A DNA stretch of 61,651 bases, filler included. It is 4 parts of 4 records of this genome, joined end to end, with 100 filler letters (N's around TTAATTAATTAA, not from the genome) between each part and the next. Parts side by side here need not be neighbours in the genome. Positions count along the whole stretch, not along the records: positions 1 to 29,306 come from SRR2962707_2015; 3 more parts are not named here. The stretch is one strand, 5' to 3'. The stretch's first letter is position 1, and every line of letters starts with the position of its first letter. Made by a program: the position numbers and the translations under genes. Below, one piece after another: positions 19,287-29,174 of the stretch. Under the pieces are notes generated by a model. That model had not been told where the DNA came from. It made no database searches and saw only the letters and a list, made by a program, of their open reading frames with translations.

Positions 19287-19942
19287 CGTTTGATCTCCAC
19301 GGTGCCATCGCCGGTGGCGACAGCAGTGACCGTTTTGTTGCTAATAAGGTTTACGATACGAATTTCTTGACCGCGGTGCGCATCGCTGAGCGCGCGTCCG
19401 GGGGATGACAGCGCCAAAATCCCGTCGCTGAAATGGATTTCGACCCGGTCACCGCGGCCGATGATCAGGGGTTGAATGATGGATTGGGCCTGGATCGGAC
19501 GCCCCGGCGACAGGATGCGGCGCACCTGTTTGCCAACGACCTCGGTCGCGTCTGTGACGACATAGCTGCCAATCCGCCCCATAGGAAGCCGCACCATGGC
19601 CAGATCGGCTTCGCTCACGATCTCATCGGGCAACAACCGCCGGTTCGGCACAGGGACGGGCACGGTGATCTGCGCCAGCCCCGCGATCCGTTGGATGTCG
19701 CCGTTGCTGAGCACTGCATTCGTCAAAAACTTGCCAGTGCGCACATCCATCCAGAATTCCGCCAGCGTTACGACGTCACCCAGCAGCGTGTCCTTAACAG
19801 TGATGTCGAATTCGCCCGCGTCTGGCAGGTCGCTGCCATAATCGGCGCGTGCGCGTTCCTCGATCAGCACGTTGATTGGTGCCGACAGGGCTGGGCCTGC
19901 CAACATAACCAGTGCCATAAGGATCGCAGCGAGGTACCGCAT
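19283..19942 (-). CDS. flgA: P-ring formation chaperone FlgA
   Basis: SAF domain; GRALSDAHRGQEIRIVNLISNKTV; between flgG and flgH. Confidence 0.9.
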   Translation of the reverse strand: MRYLAAILMALVMLAGPALSAPINVLIEERARADYGSDLPDAGEFDITVKDTLLGDVVTLAEFWMDVRTGKFLTNAVLSNGDIQRIAGLAQITVPVPVPNRRLLPDEIVSEADLAMVRLPMGRIGSYVVTDATEVVGKQVRRILSPGRPIQAQSIIQPLIIGRGDRVEIHFSDGILALSSPGRALSDAHRGQEIRIVNLISNKTVTAVATGDGTVEIKR

Positions 19943-20727
19943 TAGCGGATTTGGTTCGCCGAGGACAGCATCTGATCAGCTGTTTCGATGGACTTTGAAT
20001 TCATCTCATAGGCGCGCTGCGCCGAGATCAGATCGGTGATCTGTTGTATCACGTTGACGTTGGACGCTTCGAGATAGCCCTGCCGGATCAGTCCGGTGCC
20101 GGGATCACCGGGGTTCACTGTCTGTGCTTCGCCCGATGCTTCGGTGGCCAGCAAGAAGTTGTTGCCGACCGGGCGCATGCCGGGTTCGTTGATAAAGGTC
20201 GCAAACGTCAGTTGGCCTAATTCCACCGGTACGGGGTCATTCTCGACATAGGCCATGACGATACCTTGTTCGTTGATATCGACCGATGTTGTATTTTCGG
20301 GCACGACGATGCCGGGATCAAGCTGATAGCCCTGCATCGTTACGATTTCGCCCTCGGCGGACAGCTGGAAAGAGCCGTCACGCGTGTAAGCCTGGCTGCC
20401 ATCCGGCATCAGAACCGAGAAATAGCCGCGGCCGTCGATGGCGACATTCAGCGAGTTTTCAGTAGATACCATGCCGCCTTGGGTGTTCAGCCGCACTGTG
20501 CCGGCTGTTTGCACCCCCAACCCGATGTCGATGCCGACAGGGCGGGCCGATCCGGTTTCGGACGTCAACGCACCTTCGCGCTGCATAGATTGATAGATCA
20601 GATCCTGAAAGGCCGCGCGGCTGGATTTAAAGCCCGTGGTATTGGCGTTCGCGATGTTGTTGGAGATGACATCCACATTGGTCTGTTGAGCCATCATGCC
20701 GGTTGCGGCGATGCTAAGTGCCTTCAT
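19942..20727 (-). CDS. flgG: Distal rod protein FlgG
   Basis: ATGMMAQQTNVDVISNNIANANTTGFK; LEASNV...QRAYEMNSK; 261 aa. Confidence 0.97.
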   Translation of the reverse strand: MKALSIAATGMMAQQTNVDVISNNIANANTTGFKSSRAAFQDLIYQSMQREGALTSETGSARPVGIDIGLGVQTAGTVRLNTQGGMVSTENSLNVAIDGRGYFSVLMPDGSQAYTRDGSFQLSAEGEIVTMQGYQLDPGIVVPENTTSVDINEQGIVMAYVENDPVPVELGQLTFATFINEPGMRPVGNNFLLATEASGEAQTVNPGDPGTGLIRQGYLEASNVNVIQQITDLISAQRAYEMNSKSIETADQMLSSANQIR

Positions 20728-20752
20728 CGTTTCACTCCTTCCGTTAGGGGGG

Positions 20753-21496
20753 TCAGACGCTTTGCCCGATCCGCTTTAGCGCGTCGCGGCGCAGGGTGTC
20801 TGAATTGCCCATCAGGGCGTTGGTGCGCTCGTAAGCGCGCTGCACGTCGATCAGTCGCGTCATTTCCCGCACCGGGTTGACGTTGCTCATTTCCAAGGTG
20901 CCTTGCATAACCTGTGTAGATGCGGCCGGTTTCGGTGCTTCGACACCTTCGGGCGCTGTCAGCATGCCAAATCCGGCCCGCTTGTAGCTTTGGATCTCGG
21001 GGATGTCGAAAACGCCGATACGCGCCAATGGCCCGGTACCAACGCCCGATATTGTACCGTCTTCGGAAATGGTCAGCGCGCCGATACCTTGGGTTGGCAA
21101 TATGATCGGTGCCCCCCCTTCGTCGAGCACCTTTGCGCCGGAAAGCAGGGTCAGATTGCCTTCGGGATCAAGTGTAAAGCTGCCGTCCCGACCAAAGGCT
21201 TCCTGACCTTCGGCTGTTTGGTAGCTAAACCAGCCATCGCCGTGCAAGGCCACATCCAGCGGATTGCCTGTCTGCGTCAAGGCACCGGGCCGGGTGTCGA
21301 TATACGATCCTGTATCGCTGACGAATGCTGCCGGGTCCTGGCCTGCGCCCGCATCTTTTTGCAGAAGGCTTTCGAACACCACGTGTTCGCCCTTGAACCC
21401 AGCGGTACTGGCGTTGGCGATATTATTCGCCGTCATGTCTAGCTGCCGCTGCAAGGATGCGGCTAGGGACATACCGATATGGCTGGTTTCTGTCAT
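20753..21496 (-). CDS. flgF: Proximal rod protein FlgF
   Basis: ANNIANASTAGFK, TGNPLDVAL, LEMSNVNPV; upstream of flgG. Confidence 0.9.
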   Translation of the reverse strand: MTETSHIGMSLAASLQRQLDMTANNIANASTAGFKGEHVVFESLLQKDAGAGQDPAAFVSDTGSYIDTRPGALTQTGNPLDVALHGDGWFSYQTAEGQEAFGRDGSFTLDPEGNLTLLSGAKVLDEGGAPIILPTQGIGALTISEDGTISGVGTGPLARIGVFDIPEIQSYKRAGFGMLTAPEGVEAPKPAASTQVMQGTLEMSNVNPVREMTRLIDVQRAYERTNALMGNSDTLRRDALKRIGQSV

Positions 21497-21596
21497 CAGT
21501 GACCTCAAGGTTAGCGAGCGAAATGTGGCAACATTAAGAGACAGTGTGAAATAAAGAATGGACCTTTACAAGAATAAATTGCATCTATTCATATAA

Positions 21597-23372
21597 ATGA
21601 TGCACAAAATTAACATTGTTCTTGCTTTTTTCTTGCTGTTGGCTCCGCCGGTGTGGGGCCAAGAGGAGGATGTCTTTGCGCCTTTGACACTGGTGGATTT
21701 TGGGCAGCGCGACCTTTTGGAGGCGCGGCGATCCCTTCTGCTAGAGATGGTCACGCCAGATCAGCAAGGGGACGCAGCACTATCTACCGAAGCGCACGCG
21801 CGCGTGTATCTTGATCTCGCAGAACTTCACCTGGCCAAGATGATGCGGTTCGAAGCTGAGGATTATCTGGCGGCGGTCGATGTTAAAACCGCGTCGCCCG
21901 AAGCACAACGGCGGCACCGCACCTTGCAGCTCGCGCTTGATTTGTTGTCAGAGCGGGCGGCGTTGGGGCAGGCGGTATCGCGTTCCGTCGGTTGGACCCA
22001 AGGACAAGCGTTGCGCACCGCAGCCTTTGCCCGGCTGGGCGAGGATGACGAGGCCGCGAGGCTGCTTCCCGTCACCATCGAGGCGTTGTCCGAACTTTCA
22101 CCCGCCATGACGGCGGCGATCCTGCCCGATCTGTTTGAGGCAGCGATTGCAGCAGAGAACTGGGAGGTAGCCGAGGCGCTAGCCGCGCGTTTCCCCGATC
22201 ACGCCGAGCTGCGCGATGCCGCTGCGTACCGGTTTCTGCTGGCACGTACGTCCGAGATTTCGGGTGATTTGCTGATGGCTTATGACGGGTATGCCCATGC
22301 AGCAGGGGGCCGCGATGCCTATGCGCATCGGGCGCGGCTGGCGATTGTGCAGATGGGGCGGCGCACCGACACATTGCCCCTAGAGGATGCCGTCGCGCTT
22401 TTGAAGACGGCCAGATGGGCATGGAGCGGAGACGTATTTGCCAAAGAAGGGGTGGCGCTTTTGGCGGATTATACCTTGGAGCTTGGTGATTATCAGACAG
22501 CATTATGGGCATTGGGCCAGTTACTGACCGAAGCGGAATCGCCCAAAGAGGCCGAGGCAGTGCGCGAGCGCGCCAGAGAGGCAATCGAAAGTTACTATCA
22601 GGCGGGAGCCGCTGGCGATCTTAATCTGGCAGAGTTTATCAGTGGGCATGCGGCCATTATGGCGGGCTGGCGCTACGATAGTGGCTTTGTCGAAAGCGCC
22701 GTGGCACTGCCGCAGACACTTCTGAGTTCCGGCATGACAGCCCTTGCCGCGCGAGAGTTTCGAAACCTGCGCACGATCGCCGAAGCTGCCGAAGAGTTGG
22801 AGCTGTTTACGCCTGATCCCGAATTGATCACACACCTGTTCCGCGACGAGGCCGGTGCGCTGCTTGCTGGTGGGCAGGCGGATGCGGCTGTTGATTTGCT
22901 TGGGGGGCTTGCGCCAGGGCAGGGCGACGATGTCGAAACGGAACGCCTGCTTATTCAGGCATTAAGTCAGGCGGGCAGGTCGGATGAGTTGGCCGATTGG
23001 CGTGGTCGCGCGCTCGACATAGACTCGCGGCGCAGCAGGGCAGTCGCATTGTACGAGACCCGTAAGTGGGCCGCCGCACGTCAGGCATTGCTTGGGCTGT
23101 GGGGCGCCTATCCGGCGCAGTTCAGCTTTTCCGACGCCACCCGTCTGACGCTTGCGGCGTACGAGCTTGGCGACGGGGTGACTGTCAGCAGGGCTATGAC
23201 TGCATTTCCATCCCTGACGGATTTGCCCGGTTGGACCGAAATCGCAATGCGGCTCGAGACCCAAGGGCCGCCGCCCACTGACCTGAACACCGACACGATC
23301 CGTTCAAGCGTGGATAGCGCCAACCGTGTTCTGGACGCAGTAAACGAAGTCAGCGATACCATGTACAAATAA
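21597..23372 (+). CDS. Exported alpha-helical, TPR-like hypothetical protein
   Basis: Signal peptide; Ala/Leu-rich helical repeats over about 590 aa; inside the flagellar cluster. Confidence 0.65.
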   Translation: MMHKINIVLAFFLLLAPPVWGQEEDVFAPLTLVDFGQRDLLEARRSLLLEMVTPDQQGDAALSTEAHARVYLDLAELHLAKMMRFEAEDYLAAVDVKTASPEAQRRHRTLQLALDLLSERAALGQAVSRSVGWTQGQALRTAAFARLGEDDEAARLLPVTIEALSELSPAMTAAILPDLFEAAIAAENWEVAEALAARFPDHAELRDAAAYRFLLARTSEISGDLLMAYDGYAHAAGGRDAYAHRARLAIVQMGRRTDTLPLEDAVALLKTARWAWSGDVFAKEGVALLADYTLELGDYQTALWALGQLLTEAESPKEAEAVRERAREAIESYYQAGAAGDLNLAEFISGHAAIMAGWRYDSGFVESAVALPQTLLSSGMTALAAREFRNLRTIAEAAEELELFTPDPELITHLFRDEAGALLAGGQADAAVDLLGGLAPGQGDDVETERLLIQALSQAGRSDELADWRGRALDIDSRRSRAVALYETRKWAAARQALLGLWGAYPAQFSFSDATRLTLAAYELGDGVTVSRAMTAFPSLTDLPGWTEIAMRLETQGPPPTDLNTDTIRSSVDSANRVLDAVNEVSDTMYK

Positions 23373-23393
23373 TATCTTATGTAACCTATCAAG

Positions 23394-23450
23394 TTTATTC
23401 TTGATTTATATTTATTAATTTGCATTAATCATGTGAAAATCAAGAATAAA
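23394..23450. promoter_or_regulatory. AT-rich perfect 14-bp inverted repeat upstream of flgE
   Basis: TTTATTCTTGATTT (23394-23407) and AAATCAAGAATAAA (23437-23450), 29-nt spacer. Confidence 0.6.
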
Positions 23451-23474
23451 TCAAAGCGAAAGCAGGAGCAGTTC

Positions 23475-24743
23475 ATGAGCATTACCAGCGCGCTTCAAAT
23501 CGGGGTTAGTGGGTTGCAGGCCAACTCCTCTCGGGTCGAGAATATTTCGAGCAATATCGCAAACGCCAGCACGGTCGGCTATCGCCGTACGTTCGCGGAT
23601 TTTGTGACGCAGAATACAGGCAGTTCGCAGGCCGGTGTGCTTACCGAGGTGCGCGCCAGCATCAGCACAAACGGGAACCTGCAAAATACCGGACGTTCGG
23701 CTGACCTCGCGGTCGAGGGCGACGGCTTTTTTGTCGTATCGCGCACCCCTAACGATCCAGTTGAATCGAACTACTACCTGACCCGCGCGGGTTCCTTTAC
23801 GCCGGACCAAGACGGGAACCTGCGCAATTCGGCGGGATATTTCCTAGGTGGCTTTCCGGTTGATGCTTCGGGATCGACCGGCGCGGTGGCTGGTGGCGAT
23901 TACGCCGATCTGCGCACGGTTAATGTTTCATCTTATCAGGTGGACGGGTCGCCCAGTTCGCAGATCAACATGTCTGGTAACGTTCCTGCACAGGAAACCG
24001 GGCTTGCCACCCCGGGTGATCCTTTCGCGTCAATTGTGCGCTATGTGAACCAGCTGGGTGGCGCAGAGGAACTGAACCTGTCGTGGCAACCGAGTGCGAC
24101 AGGCAGCGAATGGACGGTCAGCATTACAGATGACGCCGGTACGAACTATGGTTCTGCCACCGTTACGTTTAATGACAGTGGTCCTGACGCCGGCAGCCCG
24201 GCCAGCTATGTGTCGGGCGGTCTGCCGATTGACCCCGCAACCGGTGTGATCAGTCTGACGATAAACAACGGAACCACGCCGCAGGTGCTGGATATCGCGC
24301 TTGGTGCGCCCGGCACCTTTGAGGGCGTGACGCAATTCGCCGGTGACTATACGCCACCAACCTTTACCGATGATGGCGTAGAAACAGGCAGCTTGAGCCG
24401 CGCTGAAATGAGCGATACCGGTGTGCTTTATGGTGTGTTCAGCAATGGCCAACGCCGTGCCTTGTTCGAAATCCCATTGGCGAATGTGACCAACCCCGAT
24501 CAGTTGCGCTCGGTTGATGGCAACGCCTATGTGTCCACCCGCGATTCCGGCGTCATCAGCCTGAACTCGGCGCTGACCAATGGTATGGGCGGCGTAGTGA
24601 GCGGCGCGTTGGAGGGCTCCAACGTTGATATCGCTCAAGAACTTACGGATTTGATCCAGACCCAGCGGGCGTATGCCTCGAACGCTAAGATCATCACAAC
24701 CAGCGACGAGATGTTGGACGAAACCCTTCGTATCAAGCGCTAA
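23475..24743 (+). CDS. flgE: Flagellar hook protein FlgE
   Basis: SSNIANASTVGY, YLTRAGSF, LEGSNVDIAQELTDLIQTQRAY. Confidence 0.96.
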   Translation: MSITSALQIGVSGLQANSSRVENISSNIANASTVGYRRTFADFVTQNTGSSQAGVLTEVRASISTNGNLQNTGRSADLAVEGDGFFVVSRTPNDPVESNYYLTRAGSFTPDQDGNLRNSAGYFLGGFPVDASGSTGAVAGGDYADLRTVNVSSYQVDGSPSSQINMSGNVPAQETGLATPGDPFASIVRYVNQLGGAEELNLSWQPSATGSEWTVSITDDAGTNYGSATVTFNDSGPDAGSPASYVSGGLPIDPATGVISLTINNGTTPQVLDIALGAPGTFEGVTQFAGDYTPPTFTDDGVETGSLSRAEMSDTGVLYGVFSNGQRRALFEIPLANVTNPDQLRSVDGNAYVSTRDSGVISLNSALTNGMGGVVSGALEGSNVDIAQELTDLIQTQRAYASNAKIITTSDEMLDETLRIKR

Positions 24744-24756
24744 TCCGGAAAACTGA

Positions 24757-26175
24757 ATGAGCATTTCGTCCGCCTACAATATCGCTCGCAGCGGTCTGCA
24801 ATCCACCGAAGGGCGGGCCAATTTGGTTGCGGGCAATATCGCGAATGCGCAGACGGCGGGCTATGCCCGTCGCGAGGGCGTGCAGGTCAGCTCGGGTGGC
24901 GGGCAAGGCACCGCCGTAGAGCTACGCATGGTGCGCCAGATCGACGAACGGCTTGCGGGTATGACGCGGGGTGCCGGTGCTGAACTAGGTAGCGCCAACG
25001 TCACCGGAGAGATACTGGGCGGTTACTTATTGACGCTGGGCCAACCCGGAGACGAGGTATCGCCCGCCGCGCGTATGGCTGAGTTTCAAGTTGGGTTAGA
25101 CCTTTTGGCCAACAACCCGTCCGATGCATCTGTTCAAAATGATGTGCTACAACGCGCCAATAGCCTGGTGAACAGCCTGAATAGCGCGGCCAGCGCGCTT
25201 GACCGTAGCCGGGCACAGGCAGCGGACAGCTTTGAAACCAGCGTGGCACAGGTGAACGATGCCCTTTCAGGGATCGCCGCGTTGAACCAACAATTGCGCG
25301 GGGCAAATTCGGGCACGTCAGGCGCTGGCGGCTTGATGGATGAAATGACCCGTCGGCTGGATGCTTTGGGCGAACAGATGGATTTTCAAACCCGTTGGGA
25401 GGCTGACGGCACACTGACCTTGCACACGGCAGGCGGCACCGAACTGGTGAACGGGAATGATGCGGCCAAACTGACCGCCAACGGACAGACCGGCGCGCTA
25501 TATGCCGACGGAATCAACATCACGCCCGGTCAAACAGGCGGGCGCGGGTTCACGTCGGGGCGGCTCGCGGGGCTTAGCGATATGCTTTCGTCCGTCATTC
25601 CACAAATGAACCTTCAGTTGGATGAACTGGCGCGCGGCTTGGTCCAAAGCTTTGAGGCCGCGGATACCTCTATCGCGGTGGGCGATCCGGGGTTGTTTAC
25701 CGATAGCGGTGCGGCCTTTGATCCCGCGAATATAGATGGGCTGGCCGGCCGTTTGGCGGTTAACGACAGTGTGCAGCCCGAAAAGGGTGGTGCGCTGTGG
25801 CGGCTGCGTGACGGCGTTGGTGCCGTCACAGCCGGAGATCCGGGTGCCACCGACCAGATTAACGCCCTGATCGGCATCTTTGATGACGTTCAAGCCATGG
25901 ATTCCGCCGCAGGATTGGGCACCAGCATGCGTTTGGGCGACTATGCGGCTGAACTGGTTGGCCATCAGCACAATATCCGCGTTAGCGCGGATGCCCGTGC
26001 GGAGACTGCCAGCATCCGGCTGGTGTCATACGAAGACGGGCGCAGCAATGTCGAGGGCGTCAACATCGATACCGAGTTGCAGAAACTGCTGGAGATCGAG
26101 CAAGCCTATGGGGCGAATTCGCAGGTTCTCAGCAGTTTGAGCGACATGATCGATACCCTTTTGAATTCGGTGTGA
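24757..26175 (+). CDS. flgK: Hook-associated protein FlgK
   Basis: AGNIANAQTAGYAR; GVNIDTEL...EQAYGAN. Confidence 0.93.
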   Translation: MSISSAYNIARSGLQSTEGRANLVAGNIANAQTAGYARREGVQVSSGGGQGTAVELRMVRQIDERLAGMTRGAGAELGSANVTGEILGGYLLTLGQPGDEVSPAARMAEFQVGLDLLANNPSDASVQNDVLQRANSLVNSLNSAASALDRSRAQAADSFETSVAQVNDALSGIAALNQQLRGANSGTSGAGGLMDEMTRRLDALGEQMDFQTRWEADGTLTLHTAGGTELVNGNDAAKLTANGQTGALYADGINITPGQTGGRGFTSGRLAGLSDMLSSVIPQMNLQLDELARGLVQSFEAADTSIAVGDPGLFTDSGAAFDPANIDGLAGRLAVNDSVQPEKGGALWRLRDGVGAVTAGDPGATDQINALIGIFDDVQAMDSAAGLGTSMRLGDYAAELVGHQHNIRVSADARAETASIRLVSYEDGRSNVEGVNIDTELQKLLEIEQAYGANSQVLSSLSDMIDTLLNSV

Positions 26176-26183
26176 GGCGATAA

Positions 26184-27266
26184 ATGAGCGAAATATCCCG
26201 TACAGTATCGACCGCCCTGCAAAGCCTGCGCCAGCGTGAGACCACCAGCCGTCTTGCTGCGCAAATCTCGGATACGTCTTACGAGGTGACGACAGGATTG
26301 AAGGCCAATCCCTATGATGCGCTTGGCCATAAATCCGCCGACGCCATCGCCATCCGCATGCAGATCGTGCGTAATGACGGCTTCCTTGCGTCAAACGCGC
26401 TGTTGGACGGTCGGTTTCTCGCTGTTGAAGCATCACTGGGTGCAATCCGCGATGCCGGACAAGACGTTCTGGAACAGTCGTTTCTGGCGCAATCCTCTGC
26501 CGGGCAGACCTCGGCGCAGTTGTCGCAGGCGGCGCGTTCGGCAATCGACACGTTGATCGGGCGCAGCGGGGTTAGTGATAGTTCGGGTTATCTTATGTCG
26601 GGAACCGCGACCGACACGAAACCGATGCAGGGCTGGGACACACCGCACCCTGATACCGGCTTGTCGCCATCGGGCATTGTGGATGATGTGGTAAGCGGCG
26701 GGCTGAATACGCTGGCCGATGTGCAGACCGCAATCGACGCGATGAAGGATATTTTCAACGATCTTAACGCCGGCGATCCCGCGCGTAATTTCGAGGCCAG
26801 CTTTTACAATGGTACCCCGGCGACGGATGGTGGCGGTCAGCCGAATTCGCCGCTGACGGCGCGGATCTCAGAGACGGAAACGATTGCCCAAACTGCGCAG
26901 GCGAATAATCCGGCCATGCGTGATCTATTGCGTGGGCTGGCGATGCTAAGCGCCGTTGACGTAAACCAGATCAGCGATCCCGACGCCCGCGAAGCATGGG
27001 CAAGCGAAGCACGCGATGCAATCGCCAGCGGGTTAAGCGGACTGACCGAGCTTGAGACCAACACAGGGCTGAAACGTACCCGGCTGGCCGACACCATTGC
27101 TGCGCAAGAAGGCCGGGGCGGTTTTCTGGACAGTGAAAGACTGCTGCTGGAAGGAACCGATCAATATGATGCAGCGACCCGCCTGACCCAACTGCAAACC
27201 CAGTTGGAATCCAGCTATGCGGTGACGGCACGGCTTTCGAACATGTCATTTCTGAATTTTATGTAG
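26184..27266 (+). CDS. flgL: Hook-filament junction protein FlgL (flagellin family)
   Basis: After flgK; EVTTG N-terminus; QLESSYAVTARLSNMSFLNFM C-terminus. Confidence 0.85.
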   Translation: MSEISRTVSTALQSLRQRETTSRLAAQISDTSYEVTTGLKANPYDALGHKSADAIAIRMQIVRNDGFLASNALLDGRFLAVEASLGAIRDAGQDVLEQSFLAQSSAGQTSAQLSQAARSAIDTLIGRSGVSDSSGYLMSGTATDTKPMQGWDTPHPDTGLSPSGIVDDVVSGGLNTLADVQTAIDAMKDIFNDLNAGDPARNFEASFYNGTPATDGGGQPNSPLTARISETETIAQTAQANNPAMRDLLRGLAMLSAVDVNQISDPDAREAWASEARDAIASGLSGLTELETNTGLKRTRLADTIAAQEGRGGFLDSERLLLEGTDQYDAATRLTQLQTQLESSYAVTARLSNMSFLNFM

Positions 27267-27282
27267 GCCGGTACAGCAGACC

Positions 27283-28383
27283 ATGAATATCATCGTCAAA
27301 TTCCTGTTGATCGGCCTGATGTTTGGCCTTTGCGCGCCCGCCAGCGCGCAGGTGCGGATCAAGGATATCGTCACGGTCGAAGGCGTGCGTTCGAACCAAC
27401 TGGTCGGGTATGGCTTGGTGGTCGGGCTGAATGGCACCGGCGATACATTGCGCAATGCGCCGTTCACGCGCAGCGCCATCGAAGGCATGCTGGAACGGCT
27501 GGGCATCGGCAACCTGACCGAAGACCAGATGCGTACGTCAAACACCGCCGCCGTTATGGTTACGGCCTCGTTGCCGCCCTTTGCCCGCGCAGGCAGCACC
27601 ATTGATGTGGTCGTATCCTCCTTGGGTGATTCATCATCGCTGCGCGGGGGAACCTTGATTGTTACACCGCTTTCCGCCGCCGACGGAGAGATCTACGCCG
27701 TGGCACAGGGCCCGATTGCCGTCGCAGGATATGCGGCGCAGGGGTTGAATGCCTCGATTGTTGAGGGTGTCCCAACGGGGGCCCGGATCGAGAACGGGGC
27801 CATCGTCGAACGCGAGGTCGCGTTTGCGTTTAAGGATTTGGACCGCGTTCTTTTGGCGTTGCGCAATCCTGATTTCGTCACGGCCAAACGGGTTGAAACG
27901 GTCATCAACGAAGCGATTGGCCCGATTGCCACGGCACTGGATTCACGCACAATCGCCATAGAAGAGGGCGGTAAGGTTTCGCTGTTCGATCTGCTTGCCG
28001 ATATCGAGCCGCTGTTGGTTGAACCGGATCAAGTTGCAAAAGTCGTTATTGACGCGCGATCAGGCACTATCGTCATCGGTGCCAATGTGAGGATTGACCG
28101 GGTCGCGGTCAGCCAGGGCGGCCTGACAGTCACCGTGCGCGACGATTTCGATGTCAGTCAGCCTGAATCGCTGTCCATCGGCGGGACCACAGTGGTTGTG
28201 CCCAATTCAACGGTCACGGTCGAAAAACGCGATGCGAAGTTTGCGGTTATCGACGGTTCGGTAAGTCTGCAACGTTTGGTCGACGGGTTGAACGCCATCG
28301 GGGTGGGTGCGACCGAGACCATTTCGATTTTACAGGCCATCAAAGCGGCAGGCGCGTTGCATGCCGACCTTGAAATTATTTAG
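27283..28383 (+). CDS. flgI: P-ring protein FlgI
   Basis: RIKDI...NQLVGYGLVVGLNGTGD; ILQAIKAAGAL. Confidence 0.97.
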   Translation: MNIIVKFLLIGLMFGLCAPASAQVRIKDIVTVEGVRSNQLVGYGLVVGLNGTGDTLRNAPFTRSAIEGMLERLGIGNLTEDQMRTSNTAAVMVTASLPPFARAGSTIDVVVSSLGDSSSLRGGTLIVTPLSAADGEIYAVAQGPIAVAGYAAQGLNASIVEGVPTGARIENGAIVEREVAFAFKDLDRVLLALRNPDFVTAKRVETVINEAIGPIATALDSRTIAIEEGGKVSLFDLLADIEPLLVEPDQVAKVVIDARSGTIVIGANVRIDRVAVSQGGLTVTVRDDFDVSQPESLSIGGTTVVVPNSTVTVEKRDAKFAVIDGSVSLQRLVDGLNAIGVGATETISILQAIKAAGALHADLEII

Positions 28384-28394
28384 GAGGTATTTGC

Positions 28395-28697
28395 ATGGAA
28401 CTCCCTCCCATTTCCGCCACGCCGCTTTCCTCGACTGGGGGCACGACGGCCAGCCAGAACCGGCAGGTGCCCTCGAAATCATCGCAGGATTTCGAAGCGA
28501 TGTTTCTGGGCCAGATGGTCGATGAAATGTTGTCGACCGTGAATATCGGTGATTTCGGTGGCGGCCATGCAGAAGAGACGTGGCGCAGCTTCCTGTCTGA
28601 CGCGATCGGGCGCAGTATCGCCGAACAGAATTCCACAGGCATTGCCAAGGGCATCGAAGCCGCGATCCAGCGTTATCAAACAGGGCAAGACCTATGA
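28395..28697 (+). CDS. flgJ: Rod-binding protein FlgJ (short form without muramidase)
   Basis: FEAMFLGQM...FGGGHAEETWRSFL. Confidence 0.88.
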   Translation: MELPPISATPLSSTGGTTASQNRQVPSKSSQDFEAMFLGQMVDEMLSTVNIGDFGGGHAEETWRSFLSDAIGRSIAEQNSTGIAKGIEAAIQRYQTGQDL

Positions 28698-29071
28698 ACA
28701 ATCAACGCAAAGCGCTGGCCGCAGTCGATGCCTTGGGCGATCTCTTGCGCAAGGAAATCGCAGCTGTCGAGGGCGGCAAGTTTTCGCAGTTGGTAGAATA
28801 CGCAGGGGAGAAAGCGCGTTTGAGCGCAGTTCTGGAAAAACAATTGCAGGAAAACCCCCAAGCGGTGAGTAAAGAGCAGCTAAGCGGGCTGAAAGACCTG
28901 ATCCTGCGGGACCAGCAGCATCTTCAGCAGGCGCAGCGCGCAACAGCAGAAATTATCCAAGAAGTATCTGACACACGTGAACGGCATAGCATCGCAGGGC
29001 TGTATGGACGTGGGGGTGCAAAGCGTGTCAACCGCGCAACACCTGCCACATCCGTGGACAAAAGCTTTTGA
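28694..29071 (+). CDS. flgN: FlgN-like export chaperone
   Basis: Helical 125 aa with LYGRGG near the C-terminus; between flgJ and flagellin. Confidence 0.65.
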   Translation: MNNQRKALAAVDALGDLLRKEIAAVEGGKFSQLVEYAGEKARLSAVLEKQLQENPQAVSKEQLSGLKDLILRDQQHLQQAQRATAEIIQEVSDTRERHSIAGLYGRGGAKRVNRATPATSVDKSF

Positions 29072-29174
29072 TTTGCCTCAATGTTGACAGATTTGCGGGT
29101 AAAACAGTTAACGCGGCTAATCCCCGCAGTTGTCAGAATGACGACATGACGTACTAAGAATAGTCAGGAATACC

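Noticed and set aside
23415-23428. CtrA box upstream of flgE
   Set aside because: TTAA-N6-TTAA has the wrong spacing
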